Below are positions 26,261 through 38,790 of a stretch of DNA of 64,000 bases, in pieces; position 1 is the first letter of the stretch, and each line of letters starts with the position of its first letter. The stretch is from Eledone cirrhosa. Lineage: Eukaryota. A program made the position numbers and the translations under genes. The notes under the pieces are model-generated. The model was not told the DNA's origin. It made no database searches and was given only the letters and a program-made list of their open reading frames with translations. Location of the stretch: positions 49,972,001 to 50,036,000 of the forward strand of contig OZ024741.1 in assembly GCA_964016885.1 (NCBI GenBank), given 5' to 3'.

Positions 26261-27384
26261 ATTTTTTATGAATTTTCCCTTGACACTGCATTATGTATTA
26301 AGGGGAGATTACTCTATTGGCAACATAAGACACCTAGAGTGGCCAAAAGGTTAAGATCCTTATTGGCAGTTTCAGGCGAAATGAAAATGTAACAAATAAA
26401 TAGTGCAGCACTTCACATACAGGCTGCTTGATAGTGACTGGTGCAAACAACAAGCTCACCAAAATCCATATATGTACAGTCTACACTGTAAATGTGGTTG
26501 GTGTTAGGCAAGGCATCCAGCCGTAGAAACCTGCCAGGGACAGTTCTGTATGAGCGAGACACGGTCTCCCAACCAATATCGCCTCAGATGGAACAAAACC
26601 GTCCAACCCATGCTAGCGTGGAAGATGGACGTTAAACAATGATGATGATGATGATTATAATGATAATGATGTTGATGATGATGGTGATGATGATGATGTT
26701 GATGATTATGAGGAGGAGGATGTACATGAATACATGCAGCTTCATTCTGCACATATCTCTTTAATATCATTACTTCCTACAGGAAAACATAAAATTGAAT
26801 ACTTTTCCAACAGTCCTCATATATCATCATCATCAGCAGCAGCATTTTTTAACATCCACTTTCCACACTAGCATGGGTTAGACAGGCTTTCCCATTTGAG
26901 GCAGGTTCGGTCAGGGATTAGTAGTTACAATTGAACCCCAAGTATGTCATTTTTTGCTCATATAGAACTGTTTCTGGCTAGATTTCTACAGCTGGATGCC
27001 CTTCCAACCACATTTACAGTGTGAGCTGGGTGCTTTTGAAAACAGCTGGTGATATGCATGTAAGTAAATATTCTCTTTATCTGATATGTTGTAACTAACC
27101 TTACATAGATCAAATTACGAAGTATAGCTACAACGTATTATCATCACCTAGAAACAATCATAAAGCAGTGAAGTATATCTCTAATGACTTGATTTTGTTT
27201 TAACTTATATCATGACTCTGTTTTCCTCTGGGATTTATCTAACCTACAACATTTTCAACATATGGATTACATTGAGTTCTTCATGCAGAATAGACCCCAC
27301 AACTTACCGTGGATATCTCTGTGTATATATATATATATACATACATACATACATACATATAGCGGGAGATGTATAAATGTTAGT

Positions 27385-27540
27385 TTGGTAAACCCCAGCT
27401 ATTGTTGGTACTCATTTTCAGCTGAGTATACTAGAGCAACATAAAATGAAGTTTTTGCTCAAGAACACAACACAGCCCAGGAATCGAACCCATGATATTA
27501 TGATCGTAAGTCCAACACCCTTACCACTAGGCCACACACT
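27385..27540 (-). mobile_element. Degenerate tRNA-derived SINE fragment
   Basis: GTGGCCTAGTGG A-box and GGTTCGATTCC B-box on the minus strand. Confidence 0.5.
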
Positions 27541-28327
27541 AAGCATACAACCTACATAAAAGCATCACTATACAAAATAATTGTCTAAAAAATCGATGAA
27601 TTTATTAAAACTTGTATAAAATATAGTTTGCCATCGATCAAACACCAGTTTATTTACCTGCACTTATTAACAAAATAATTTTTTTTATACAACTTTATCA
27701 TTTTTATTTCTATTTTTTTTTCCTTTATCTATTTTTTTTTTGTTTTGTTTTTTTGTTACAGAAGATGTATCGACAAATCTACATATAAAACTATTTAATA
27801 TATTTACTTGGCTGATATGATGCATTATTGTCATCATCATTGTCATCTTCATCGTCATCATTATCAGCGGCATCTTCATTGTTGCCATCATTATCATCAT
27901 TGTCATCATCATCATCATCATCATCATCATTATTGTTGTCATTGTTATCATCATCATCATCATCATCATATTACATCTACTTTCCACAATGGCGTGACTA
28001 GACTGGGGAATCATATTATGCTATGTTCCATATTTGGCATGGTTTCTATTACTGGATGCCCTTCCTAATGCCACTTACTTTACAGAATAAACTGAGTGTA
28101 TTTTATTATGGCACCAATACTAACATATTACAGAGTCTACTGGGTGCATTTTATAGTGGTGCCAGTAATACATAGGTTGTCATATGTTTCACCAGACTGA
28201 AGGATCCTCTTAAACCCTTTATGGTCTCAGTTCAACCATCAATGTAGTCTCCAATCTCTCATCACATGTATTGTTAGTATTGCAGTGCTTGTACTGGTGA
28301 ACAGGTCTATTGTATTATGACACATCA

Positions 28328-29290
28328 CTGGGTGCTTTTTGTTGTGACACCTACACAACCACCCTACAGTGTGGGCTGAGTGCTTTTTGTTGTGACACCT
28401 ACACGACCACTTTACAGTGTGAACTGGGTGCTTTTTGTTGTGACATCTATACAACCACCTTACTGTGTGGGATGGGTGCTTTTTGTTGTGATACCTACAC
28501 GACCACTTTACAGTATGGATTGAGTGCTTTTTGTTGTGAGACCTACATGACTACTTTACAGTGTGGACTGGGTGCTTTTTGTTGTGTCACCTGTACGACC
28601 ATTTTACAATGTCGACTGGGTGCTTTTTGTTGTGACACCTACACGACCACTTTACAGTGTGAACTGGGTGCTTTTTGTTGTGACACCTACACGACCACTT
28701 TACAGTGTGTACTGGGTGCTTTTTGTTGTGACACCTACACAACCACCCTACAGTGTGGACTGGGTGCTTTTTGTTGTGTCACCTGTACGACCATTTTACA
28801 ATGTCGACTGGGTGCTTTTTGTTGTGACACCTACACAACCACTTTACAGTGTGAACTGGGTGCTTTTTGTTGTGACACCTACACGACCACTTTACAGTGT
28901 GAACTGGGTGCTTTTTGTTGTGACACCTACACGACCACTTTACAGTATGGATTGAGTGCTTTTTGTTGTGAGACTTACATGACTACTTTACAGTGTGGAC
29001 TGGGTGCTTTTTGTTGTGTCACCTGTACGACCATTTTACAATGTCAACTGGGTGCTTTTTGTTGTGACACCTACACAACCACTTTACAGTGTGAACTGGG
29101 TGCTTTTTGTTGTGACACCTACACGACCACCTTACAGTGTGTACTGGGTGCTTTTTGTTGTGACACCTACACGACCACTTTACGGTGTGGGATGGGTGCT
29201 TTTTGTTGTGACACCTATATGACCACTTTACAGTGTCTGCTGAGTGCTTTTCGTTCTGTCACCTATACAACCACTTTACAGTGTGGGCTG
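28328..29290. repeat. 48-bp minisatellite, about 20 copies, derived from the RTE 3' UTR repeat unit
   Basis: Unit CTGGGTGCTTTTTGTTGTGACACCTACACGACCACTTTACAGTGTGRA; reverse complement resembles 35490-35585. Confidence 0.95.
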
Positions 29291-29785
29291 GTGGGGGTGT
29301 GGGGATTAGGGAGGTGGGTATATGGACATGTGTAAGGGGTGGAGTGTTATGATGTGAGAGGTGTCTGGGAGGGGGTATGAAGGTGAAGGTAATGCATACC
29401 AGATGTATACTTCAGTCTGTGCTGATGAGAGGTGTATGAGTAGTGAATGCTATATGTATGCTATATGTACCTCCCATGGGCACTGAAATATACATCTAGT
29501 ATGCATTACCTTCAACCTCATCCCCCTCTCCCACACACCTCCCACATCATAACACTCCACCACTTACACATGCCCATATACCCACCTCCCTAATCCACAC
29601 ACACCATTCCCACCAAAACCCCAGCCCACATTGTAAAATGGCCATGTAGATAATTTATTAATATATCTTATTCTTTCATTGAGATGTCTAAGTATTAAAG
29701 ACAATTAACTTGGAGAGATGCTGAATAGGACCCATCCCACCCTTGCAAGCAGGGAAAAGCGGACGTAAAATGATGATGATGATGA

Positions 29786-29861
<76 letters not shown>

Positions 29862-29868
<7 letters not shown>

Positions 29869-30057
29869 AAAAAAAGGAAAAGAATGACTTCACTTGTATT
29901 GTTAAAATATTTTATGATTTAATGTTATAATATAATATTATAATATTATATTATAACATTAAATCATAAAAATGTTTTAACACTACAAGTGAAGTCATTC
30001 TTTTCCTTTTTTTCAAATATACCTAACTGTACCAAGGATCTCACATATTTTCCAATA
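29862..30057. repeat. AT-rich fold-back (arms of about 80 bp) plus a tail of about 36 nt, in (TA)n
   Basis: 29862-29940 is the reverse complement of 29941-30020. Confidence 0.85.
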
Positions 30058-30139
30058 TATATATATAAAGAAAAAGAGATGAAATCGAAAATGTAACTGG
30101 AGTCTTATTTTTTTTTTAAATATATATATTTATTTGGTT

Positions 30140-30177
30140 CCTTTACCGGTTTCGCAGTTCTTCTGCTTTTCAAAAGG
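30140..30177 (-). ncRNA. Minimal hammerhead ribozyme, U3-A8 core variant
   Basis: CCUU-UUGAAAA-GCAG(AAGAA)CUGC-GAAA-CCGG-UA-AAGG. Confidence 0.8.
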
Positions 30178-31181
30178 TGAGTTGAGATGGAGGGTATGTG
30201 GTTTTTCTCACATCTGGTTGGTCTCTGAATGTTACTTGTTTTATATGGAAAAAGTGGCTCGAAATGCCAGGTTTTTCGAGAAGTAATTTGATTGGTTTGT
30301 CAATAATTATAATAAATTTCGGGCCAGTTTGCGTTACAATAGTTCTTCAAATAAACATACATATCTTTACTTCAATAGAAAATCTGAACTCTGACACCCC
30401 AGTGAACTAACCATATTCACTGAACCAGAACAATTCTCCCAATCCCATTTCTCTTGACCACTATCTTTCCCTTGTCATAACATTCTCTATAAAGGCTACA
30501 GAATAGATTTCCAAATAAGGGCGCGAAAATGTAATGAAAACTTGTTCACGTGACAGCCAAATTTCATTTATAACCAATCAAATCACGTTTATTAAAAAAA
30601 AGCCTTCGTGAGCCACCTTTTTTTTAAGTAAAGAAATTCAAACACACACACACACACACAAGCACACAAATAAAGATACATATCTTTACTTTCTTTATTC
30701 AATAGAAAATCTGAATTCTGACACCCCAGCGAACTAACCATATTCACTGAACCAGAACAATTCTCCCATCCCTTTCTCTTGACCATTATCTTTCACTTAT
30801 CATAAAATTCTCTAAAAAGGCTACAGAATGGATTTCCAAATAAGGGCACGGAAATTTAATGAAAACTCGTTCACGTGACAGCCATAATTTCATTTATAAC
30901 CAACCAAAAAAAAGCCTTCGTGAGCCCCTTTTTTCAAGTAAAAAGAAATTCAAACACTCATATATGAAAAAAACAACCTGTGACAACCCCCCCCCCCCCC
31001 CCTCTTATTTGAAGAACTATTGTAACGCGAACTGGCGCGAAATTTATTATAATTATTGACAAACCAATCAAATTACTTCTCGAAAAACCTGGCATTTCGA
31101 ACCACTTTTTCCATATAAAACAAGTAACATTCAGAGACCAACCAGATGTGAGAAAAACCACAGACCCTCCATCTCAACTCA

Positions 31182-31219
31182 CCTTTTGAAAAGCAGAAGA
31201 ACTGCGAAACCGGTAAAGG
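31182..31219 (+). ncRNA. Minimal hammerhead ribozyme, U3-A8 core variant
   Basis: Stem I CCUU/AAGG, stem II GCAG/CUGC, palindromic stem III ACCGGU. Confidence 0.8.
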
Positions 31220-31349
31220 AACCAAATAAATATATATATTTTTTTTAAAATAAGACTCCAGTTGCATTTTCGATTTCATCTCTTTTTCTTTATACTTTCA
31301 CTCGTGTAGGACACCTCGGTTATTTTTCATTTTGTAAAAAAAACCTCAC

Positions 31350-31398
<49 letters not shown>

Positions 31399-32059
31399 GA
31401 GATTATATTTAATTTGTTGGGATTCAACAAGCTTAAACATTTTTATAACTGATATAAAGCACTCAACAGTTTAATGGAGTAAATACACAATATATTAATA
31501 AATGGAAACTATATTTAATAAACCATATTTATTTTATTATATATATTTTGGCCGAAATTTTCCAGGATTCATAAAGATGGCCTGTCTCGGCCCTCTAAAT
31601 CTATATCACCCTCTCTCTCTCTATCAGATACGTGCATGTTGGTCTCTCTCTCTCTCTCTATCTATCTCTCGATCACTCCCTACTCGCACCAAATATAAAT
31701 AAACCTGTTACGAGGTACGAATCTCAGAATTTGTCAACTCTTATTAATGGTCAGTCCACTTCTACGAAATGTAATGTAAAAATACCATTTTCTTCTTGTC
31801 TCCCCACCCTTCGGTTCATCCATCCATATATCTGTATAATTGCCCAGAATCCAATCCTACCTTCTCAATGTTATTCTATAACTCTGACTGGCTGTTCTAA
31901 ATAATCTTGTGTATTTTAAAATCCCAGTATATCGCTTGTTACTATTTATTGCTTTATTTAAAACCTTCTCCTCACTAACTACCCCATACCCCTCCCGCCC
32001 GCCCCCACTCTCAACCATACCCCTCCCGCCCGCCCCCACTCTCCACCATTATTATTTGG

Positions 32060-35000
32060 ACCAATCATAACTCAGCGGCCTATGCTATCACTTCTCCTGG
32101 TTGTTTTTCGATATGATGGATGGACTAAGGAATTTCTGGAGAGTCTGAAGAATCTGGACACTCGGAGACAATGCCAAAGATAACGACAAATTCACCTCAT
32201 GCTGCCGGACGAATGGGCAAGGACTCCTCCTCTTTGTTTCGGCCGCGGACGGCCAGCATAACCCCAACCCCATCCCCCTCACCCCTCCCCGCGCCCCACC
32301 CACCAAACGCAATCCAAATCTTCAGAGTTGGTACCATGAATGTAGGCACCTTAAAAGGCCGCTCTAACGAGGTTGTAGAAATGCTTGAACGTAAGGAGGT
32401 TGATGTTTGCTGCATCCAAGAGACCAGGTGGAGGGGCGGGTCTGTTAGATTCATTGTGGGTAAAAAACGATGCTATAAGCTTTTCTAGGTGGGAAATGAC
32501 AATGGGCTGGGTGGAGTAGGATTCATGTTAGCAGAAAAATGGGTGGATAAGATAATAGACGTAAATAGAGTGAATGACAGAATAATTAAAAGAAGACTTG
32601 TTCTAAATAGAACTACTGTGACAGTAATATCTGCGTACACACCCCAATCCGGACTGCCTGGCGCTATAAAAGACAGATTCTATGAGACACTGATGCTCAC
32701 TACGTCCCAAATAACCGACAGTGAATATATAATTATTGCTGGTGACCTAAATGGTCACGTTGGACGACATTGTGACGGCTATGACAGAATCCATGGAGGC
32801 TATGGGTTTGGTACTAGAAATGAGGAAGGCTCCAGAATCCTGGAATTCTGTGACGCAAATAACCTAACTATCTGTAACACTAAATTCAAAAAGTGAGACA
32901 ATCACTTGGTCACCTACAGATCAGGGGAACATACCAGCCAAGTAGATCATATCCTTACCAGAAGACGTGACAGAGTGTCTGTTGTAAACACTAAATCCCT
33001 CCCCCATGAAAAATGCACCTCCCAACATAGACTCATAATTAGCGACCTCATAGTCAGGACGAGACGTACTCAACAACAGAAGAGGGCTATCCTCAGGAGA
33101 AAAATATGGAAGCTAAAGGACCCCACAGCCAGTAATAAATTTAAAAGCATATTACTTGATGCTTTCGACAGTAAGGAAGAGCAATTAGAGTCGTACAATA
33201 TAGAGGAACAGTGAGAATTCCTGAAAGCAAACCTGCTGATGGCGGCAGATGAAGTCTGTGGCTGGAGCAGGCCTATAGGCAGGAGGCGAGTAACGTGGTG
33301 GTGGAACAGTAAGGTGGAGGAGTCAATTAAGGCCAAAAAGCAGGCTTGGATAGTATGGCGGGATGGGGGAAGTAGAGAAGACTATCAAGTGGCCAGGAGG
33401 GAAGCTAGAGACAAGTGTACTTCGCAAGAAGGGAAGCAGAGGAAAGAAAGTTCAAACATGTTCTACAACGCGAGGACCAAAAACGTGAGGTGTTCAGGAT
33501 TGCTAGGCAATGTGTCAAGGAAAACCGTGATATTGTCGGGGAGAAGTGTGTCCTTAATGATGATGGTGTACTTGCCATCACTGACGCTGATAAGAAGGTA
33601 GCTTGGAAGTGTCACTACGAAAGGCTACTAAATGAGGAGAATAAATGGGAGAAAGACAGTCTCCCCCACATCGATCCAATAGAGGGACCAGCAGTGTTAG
33701 TCGAAGGTAGTATAATAAGTAAGGCAATCAAAGATATGAAGACGGGTATGGTGGCTGGGCCTTGGGAAATAGTTGCTGAAATGCTGAAAGCTTCTGGAAC
33801 GGTGGGACACACTATGGTCACCCGGATAGTAAACCAAGTCATACAGAATGGGGTTGTTCCGAAGGACTGGCGTAGCAGCATCATCATTAACTGCTACAAG
33901 GGTAAAGGAGATGCCCTAGATAGGGGTAACTATAGAGGCATTAAATTAATCGACCAGGTCATGAAGGTCACAGAAAAAGTAATAGCGCAACTAATCAGAG
34001 AGCGAATTGACCTAGATGAAATGCAGTTCGGGTTTGTGTCAGGTAAAAGTACCACAGACGCTCTTTTCATTGTACGACAACTACAGGAGAAGTACCTAGC
34101 TAAAAGTAAACCCCCTATACTTAGCTTTTGTCGACTTGGAGAAAGCCTTTGACAGAGTCCCCTGTTCCATTATCTGGTGGGCTCTTAGAAAACTTAGGTG
34201 TTGATGAATGGGTTGTGAGAGCTATACAAGCCATGTATAAAGAAACAGTCAGCAAGGTTAGAATTAACAACGAATATAGTGAAGAGTTTAGCATAAAAGT
34301 TGCTGTTCATCAGGGCTCCGTTCTTAGCCCCCTACTATTTATTATTGCCCTTCAGGCTATAACAGTGGAGTTCAAGACCGGCTGCCCATGGGAACTCCTA
34401 TATGCAGATGATCTAACGCTCATAGCTGAATCAATGGCTGAACTAGAGAAGAAATTCCAAACATGGAAGCATGGCCTAGAATCAAAAGGCCTTAATATTA
34501 ACCTGTCTAAGACTAAAGTTGTAGTTTGTAGGAAGGAAAATAGGGCACCGGTCCCATCCGGGAAATGGCCATGCTCAGTGTGTAGGAAAGGAGTAGGTAG
34601 AAACTCCATTTTATGTCCCAAATGCAAAGTATGGGTGCATAAAAGTGGGCCACAGGTAAGCTAACTAAGAATATAGATTTTATATGTGGCCGGTGCTCTG
34701 GTGCAATAAGTAACAGCAAGTGCCCACACAATACTAGCACATTCCATTGCACAGATGGTTCTATAGAAATAGTGGACACCTTCCGTTACTTGGGTGACAA
34801 AATCAGCAGTGGTGGAGGGTACTTTGAAAGTACAGTAGCTAGAGTCAGAACTGGATGGAAAAAGTTCAGAGAGCTTATACCACTATTAGCCGCTAAAGGG
34901 TTCTCCCTAAAAATGAAAGGCAGGTTGTATGATGCCTGCATACGAATAGCAATGTTACATGGCAGTGAGACCTGGGCATTGTGTGCAGAGGATATACACA

Positions 35001-35740
35001 GACTGGAGAGGAACGAAGCTTGCATGCTCCGCTGGATGTGCAATAGTAATATACGTGAACAGCAAAGCATAAACGAACTAAGGGAAAAATTAAAAATAAG
35101 AGGGATCAGATGTTGTTTACTCGAGAGAAGGCTACGTTGGTATGGACACGTGATGCGCATGAAAGACGACAGCTGTATAACACAGTGCAGGGCAATAAAG
35201 ATAGACGGTAGCCACGGAGTAGGCAGACCCAGAAAAACATGGGACGAGCTGATAAACTCCGACCTCACACACTTACACCTCTCCAAGACAATGTCACTGG
35301 ACCGAGATCTTTGGCGCTACACAGTAATACAGAAGACCCGCCTTACCTAAGTACAAAGTGAAACCTACTACAGTCAGTAGGCACCTCTAACAAAAATACA
35401 CCCCTGTCCCACTACCCCCACCCCATCCACACCACCCCTTTCAATGTAAAGTTATGTTGGTACCACAACATCCAGTCCGAAACAAATGAGGTCGTGTAGG
35501 TGTCATAACAAAAAAACACACAGTCCACGCTGTAATGTGGCCGTGTAGGTAACACGGTAAAAACCTCCCAGTCCACACTGTAAACGTGGTTGGTGTTAGG
35601 AAGGGCATCCAGCCGTAGAAAACCCGCCAGACAGTCCTATGCGAGCAAGACAACCACTCTTGCCTCAAGTGGGAAAACTCCCATCCAAACCCATGCAAGC
35701 GTGGAAGATAGACGTTAAACGATGATGATGATGATGATGA
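32060..35740 (+). mobile_element. Near-full-length RTE-clade LINE (APE + RT with PHD-like finger), inactivated by stops and frameshifts
   Basis: MNVGTL, IQETRW, AGDLNGHVG, SQHR, NYRGIKL, QFGF, HQGSVLSP, LYADD and RLRWYGHV motifs; 3' UTR ends in (GAT)n; 5' boundary approximate. Confidence 0.93.
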
Positions 35741-35984
35741 TTTCAAGGGCAACCGAGGCAAATTATGGTGCGCTTTCATCAGATAAAATACAGATTTGTT
35801 TTATAAATAAATATTGACATACCCGGAAAAAAAGACAACCTTAACGGTTGGAGCTTCCTGGAAAGGAAAACTACTGTGTTATTTTTTCCTGGACAGTAAT
35901 CTTGCAAACAAATATAAGTTTTATTTTTAAAGATTTATTTATCAAACTTGGGTCAGTTTGTCTTCATGACTTGTTCTTTCGATC

Positions 35985-36752
35985 TCACTCAATAAACCCA
36001 CCATTGGCTTTGATAACGGCCTCAAGGCAGCCTCAGAACCGGCTACAGGCCTTCGCCACTGTCCCCCGACTTAGGCCCCTAAAGGCACTTGTGATCCTGG
36101 CCTTCAGATCGTCTTTCGTATTGCAGCTAGATCTGTTGGTGTCTCATTCCACTGCGCTCCACACAAAGAAGTCGAGGGGGTTGCAGTCAAGCGAACTGGG
36201 AGGCCAGATGTCAAGTGAAGTGTGGTCGACGAAGTTCTCTGACAGCCAGGCTTGGGTCTTTCGGCTGGTATGGCAGGGCGCTTAGTCTTGCTGCCACACG
36301 TACGGCCTACCTGCAGCTACCTGGTCGATCCAGAGCTTTACTACCTCGCTCAGAACGCGAATGTAGCCATCGGTGTTCAGCTTAAGGCCCTCAGGGAAGA
36401 AGTGAGGTGGCATGACCTCACCTTGACTGCTAACGATACCCAAGACCAATGTTGTTGCTGGAAACTTTGTCTGCATGACTCTGGGCACGTCTTTGGATGA
36501 GACAGCGAGCCACCTGTTGTTCTGGGAGTTAATCTTCTGGTCTTATGTGTCCTCCCGGCGCGGATTCCAAGAGGAACTCCGTGTCTCTTCCACAAATTTG
36601 GAGGTTCAAAATTATTCATAATCAATTATTCTGAAAATAAATAATGGAAATATAGTCACTGTTTTTATGATGACAAGAGTGACAACGGAAGTAAAAAAAA
36701 TTTGCATAAAATTAGCAGTTGAAAATTGTGAACAAATATCGTCCGCACCCTG
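35985..36752 (-). mobile_element. Internally deleted Tc1/mariner (DD37D/maT-like) transposon
   Basis: YVWQQD*APCH and WPPSSLDCNPLDFFVW motifs; one TIR TA|CAGGGTGCGG at about 36752. Confidence 0.8.
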
Positions 36753-36756
36753 TATA

Positions 36757-36875
<119 letters not shown>

Positions 36876-37035
36876 TTATACTTCGGGAGGGTCATGTTGC
36901 CAATAAGAAACACACGCACCAGTTGCTTTCACTTCAATTTATTATATATTTATAAATTTATAAATTTACAAATCTACAAATTTATAAATTTCTGGTTGGT
37001 TGGTTGGTTCCACAACCAGATAGTTGTTTATATAT

Positions 37036-37080
37036 AGTCATAGTCCTTTCGTCACACACTCTGTGACCTCTTCAGTGACT
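37036..37080 (-). ncRNA. Minimal hammerhead ribozyme (family A)
   Basis: Same motif as 16941-16985. Confidence 0.85.
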
Positions 37081-37208
37081 GGGGATTCCTTTCTTTGTTT
37101 CTGTGCCTTTCCTTTCTTCTGTCCTACGCCATTTTGTTTCTGTGTGTGAAACAAAATGGCGTAGGACAGAAGAAAGGAAAGGCACAGAAACAAAGGAAAG
37201 GAATCCCC

Positions 37209-37253
37209 AGTCACTGAAGAGGTCACAGAGTGTGTGACGAAAGGACTATGACT
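37209..37253 (+). ncRNA. Minimal hammerhead ribozyme (family A)
   Basis: Same motif as 16941-16985. Confidence 0.85.
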
Positions 37254-38790
37254 ATATATAAACAACTATCTGGTTGTGGAACCAACCAGCCAACCAGAAA
37301 TTTATAAATTTGTAGATTTGTAAATTTATAAATTTATAAATATATAATAAATTGAAGTGAAAGCAACTGGTGCGTGTGTTTCTTATTGGCAACATGACCC
37401 TCCCGAAGTATAACAATATCGGTTTCAACACACGATTTCAGATAAAGAATCTTGCTAAACAAATTCAGAAACGAAATATATATATATATATGTAGATAAA
37501 TCTACCAAGAGTTTACGGTAGTGTCCAATCCGTATGAAGAACTCAATGTAATCCGGATATCATGGAAAGAAGAGATGCATTCAAAAATCACTTTCGGTGA
37601 AAGATAAACGGAATACAGAGTCAAGATAAAGTATTAAAAAAATAATGAATAAAACAATGAAACAGTTCCTTATATTAAACAAAAAAAGTTCATTATTTAA
37701 CGATCGTTTCTAGGACATATATGTGTTAGAATTGGCATGCATATTCAACAGATCTATGTACAAAATTATACAAAATTATATATATATATATTTATTAAAA
37801 TAACAGATTAAAGTTTAAGCAAAGAATCGCTGCTTTCACCCTTAACGGGATCTTCTGAAACTAACAAAGTCAATCTGTAAACGCAGAACTGGATATTTCA
37901 AAAAACGTTGCAACCGGAGGAAGACAGGAAGACGATACTTTGGTTCGTGGAAACGTTCGCTGGCAAAGAACGGGAAAAAACAAATAATACGTCATTAATA
38001 GGAGCGGTGAAAAACAATTACGCGCAAAGACAGAACCACGTTTATGGTATAAAAGAGGTCGTAGACTAATGTTCTCTTAGGTGGTGCATAGAGACGTTCT
38101 CTGGCAATGAACGAAAAAACGAAGATAATAAGTCATATGTGGAGCGTGGAGAACAATAGCACGCAAAGACAAAACCACGTAAATGGTATAGCAGAAGTTG
38201 TAGACTAAAATTCTAACTAGGAGACCAAATGAATCTCCGCTACAGAGTTAAGAACAAAGTAAATAAATACAATACAGAAGTAATAGAAACAAATAAATAC
38301 ATACACGCAAACAATTACGTACATACACATACATACGCAAAACCTTACCATAGGTATACAAAACCACGCACATATAAATATGTGTGTGTGTGTATGCTTG
38401 TGTACAAATAAATAAATAATTATATAAACGTATATAAGTAAATAAATAAGTATATAACAAGCGCACACACATACCTACAAATAAATACACGAATGTTCGG
38501 AGACGTAAGTCAACTAAAACAGGAAGTACACATATACACACACCCACCATACGTACGAACCTGCATACTCACGCAGACGCAAAACTCCCGTATACACATA
38601 GCCAAACCCTAAATACCAGAATATGTAAAAATTATACGCCATAACAGTCAAATATACGTACGAGAAGGTATACATACCTTCACAAAACATACGGGTAATA
38701 TATACTTACCTAAGCAAATAAGTAAAGGAATAAACAAAACATATACTTAGCTCCCACATCAAGACGTAAAATATCCACGTATAGATCGTG

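Larger units (their letters stand above)
30062..31356. mobile_element. Non-coding PLE-derived fold-back (family B): inverted arms of about 290 bp, each with a hammerhead, around an internal direct duplication
   Basis: 30062-30352 vs 31004-31292 inverted; 30353-30640 vs 30675-30960 direct; (TA)n flanks. Confidence 0.8.

Noticed and set aside
27808-28068. His/Cys-rich and poly-Met ORFs
   Set aside because: (CAT)n tail of an RTE-related element.
28328-29290. CRISPR array or metallothionein gene
   Set aside because: No spacers; the unit derives from the RTE 3' UTR; no ATG or gene structure seen.
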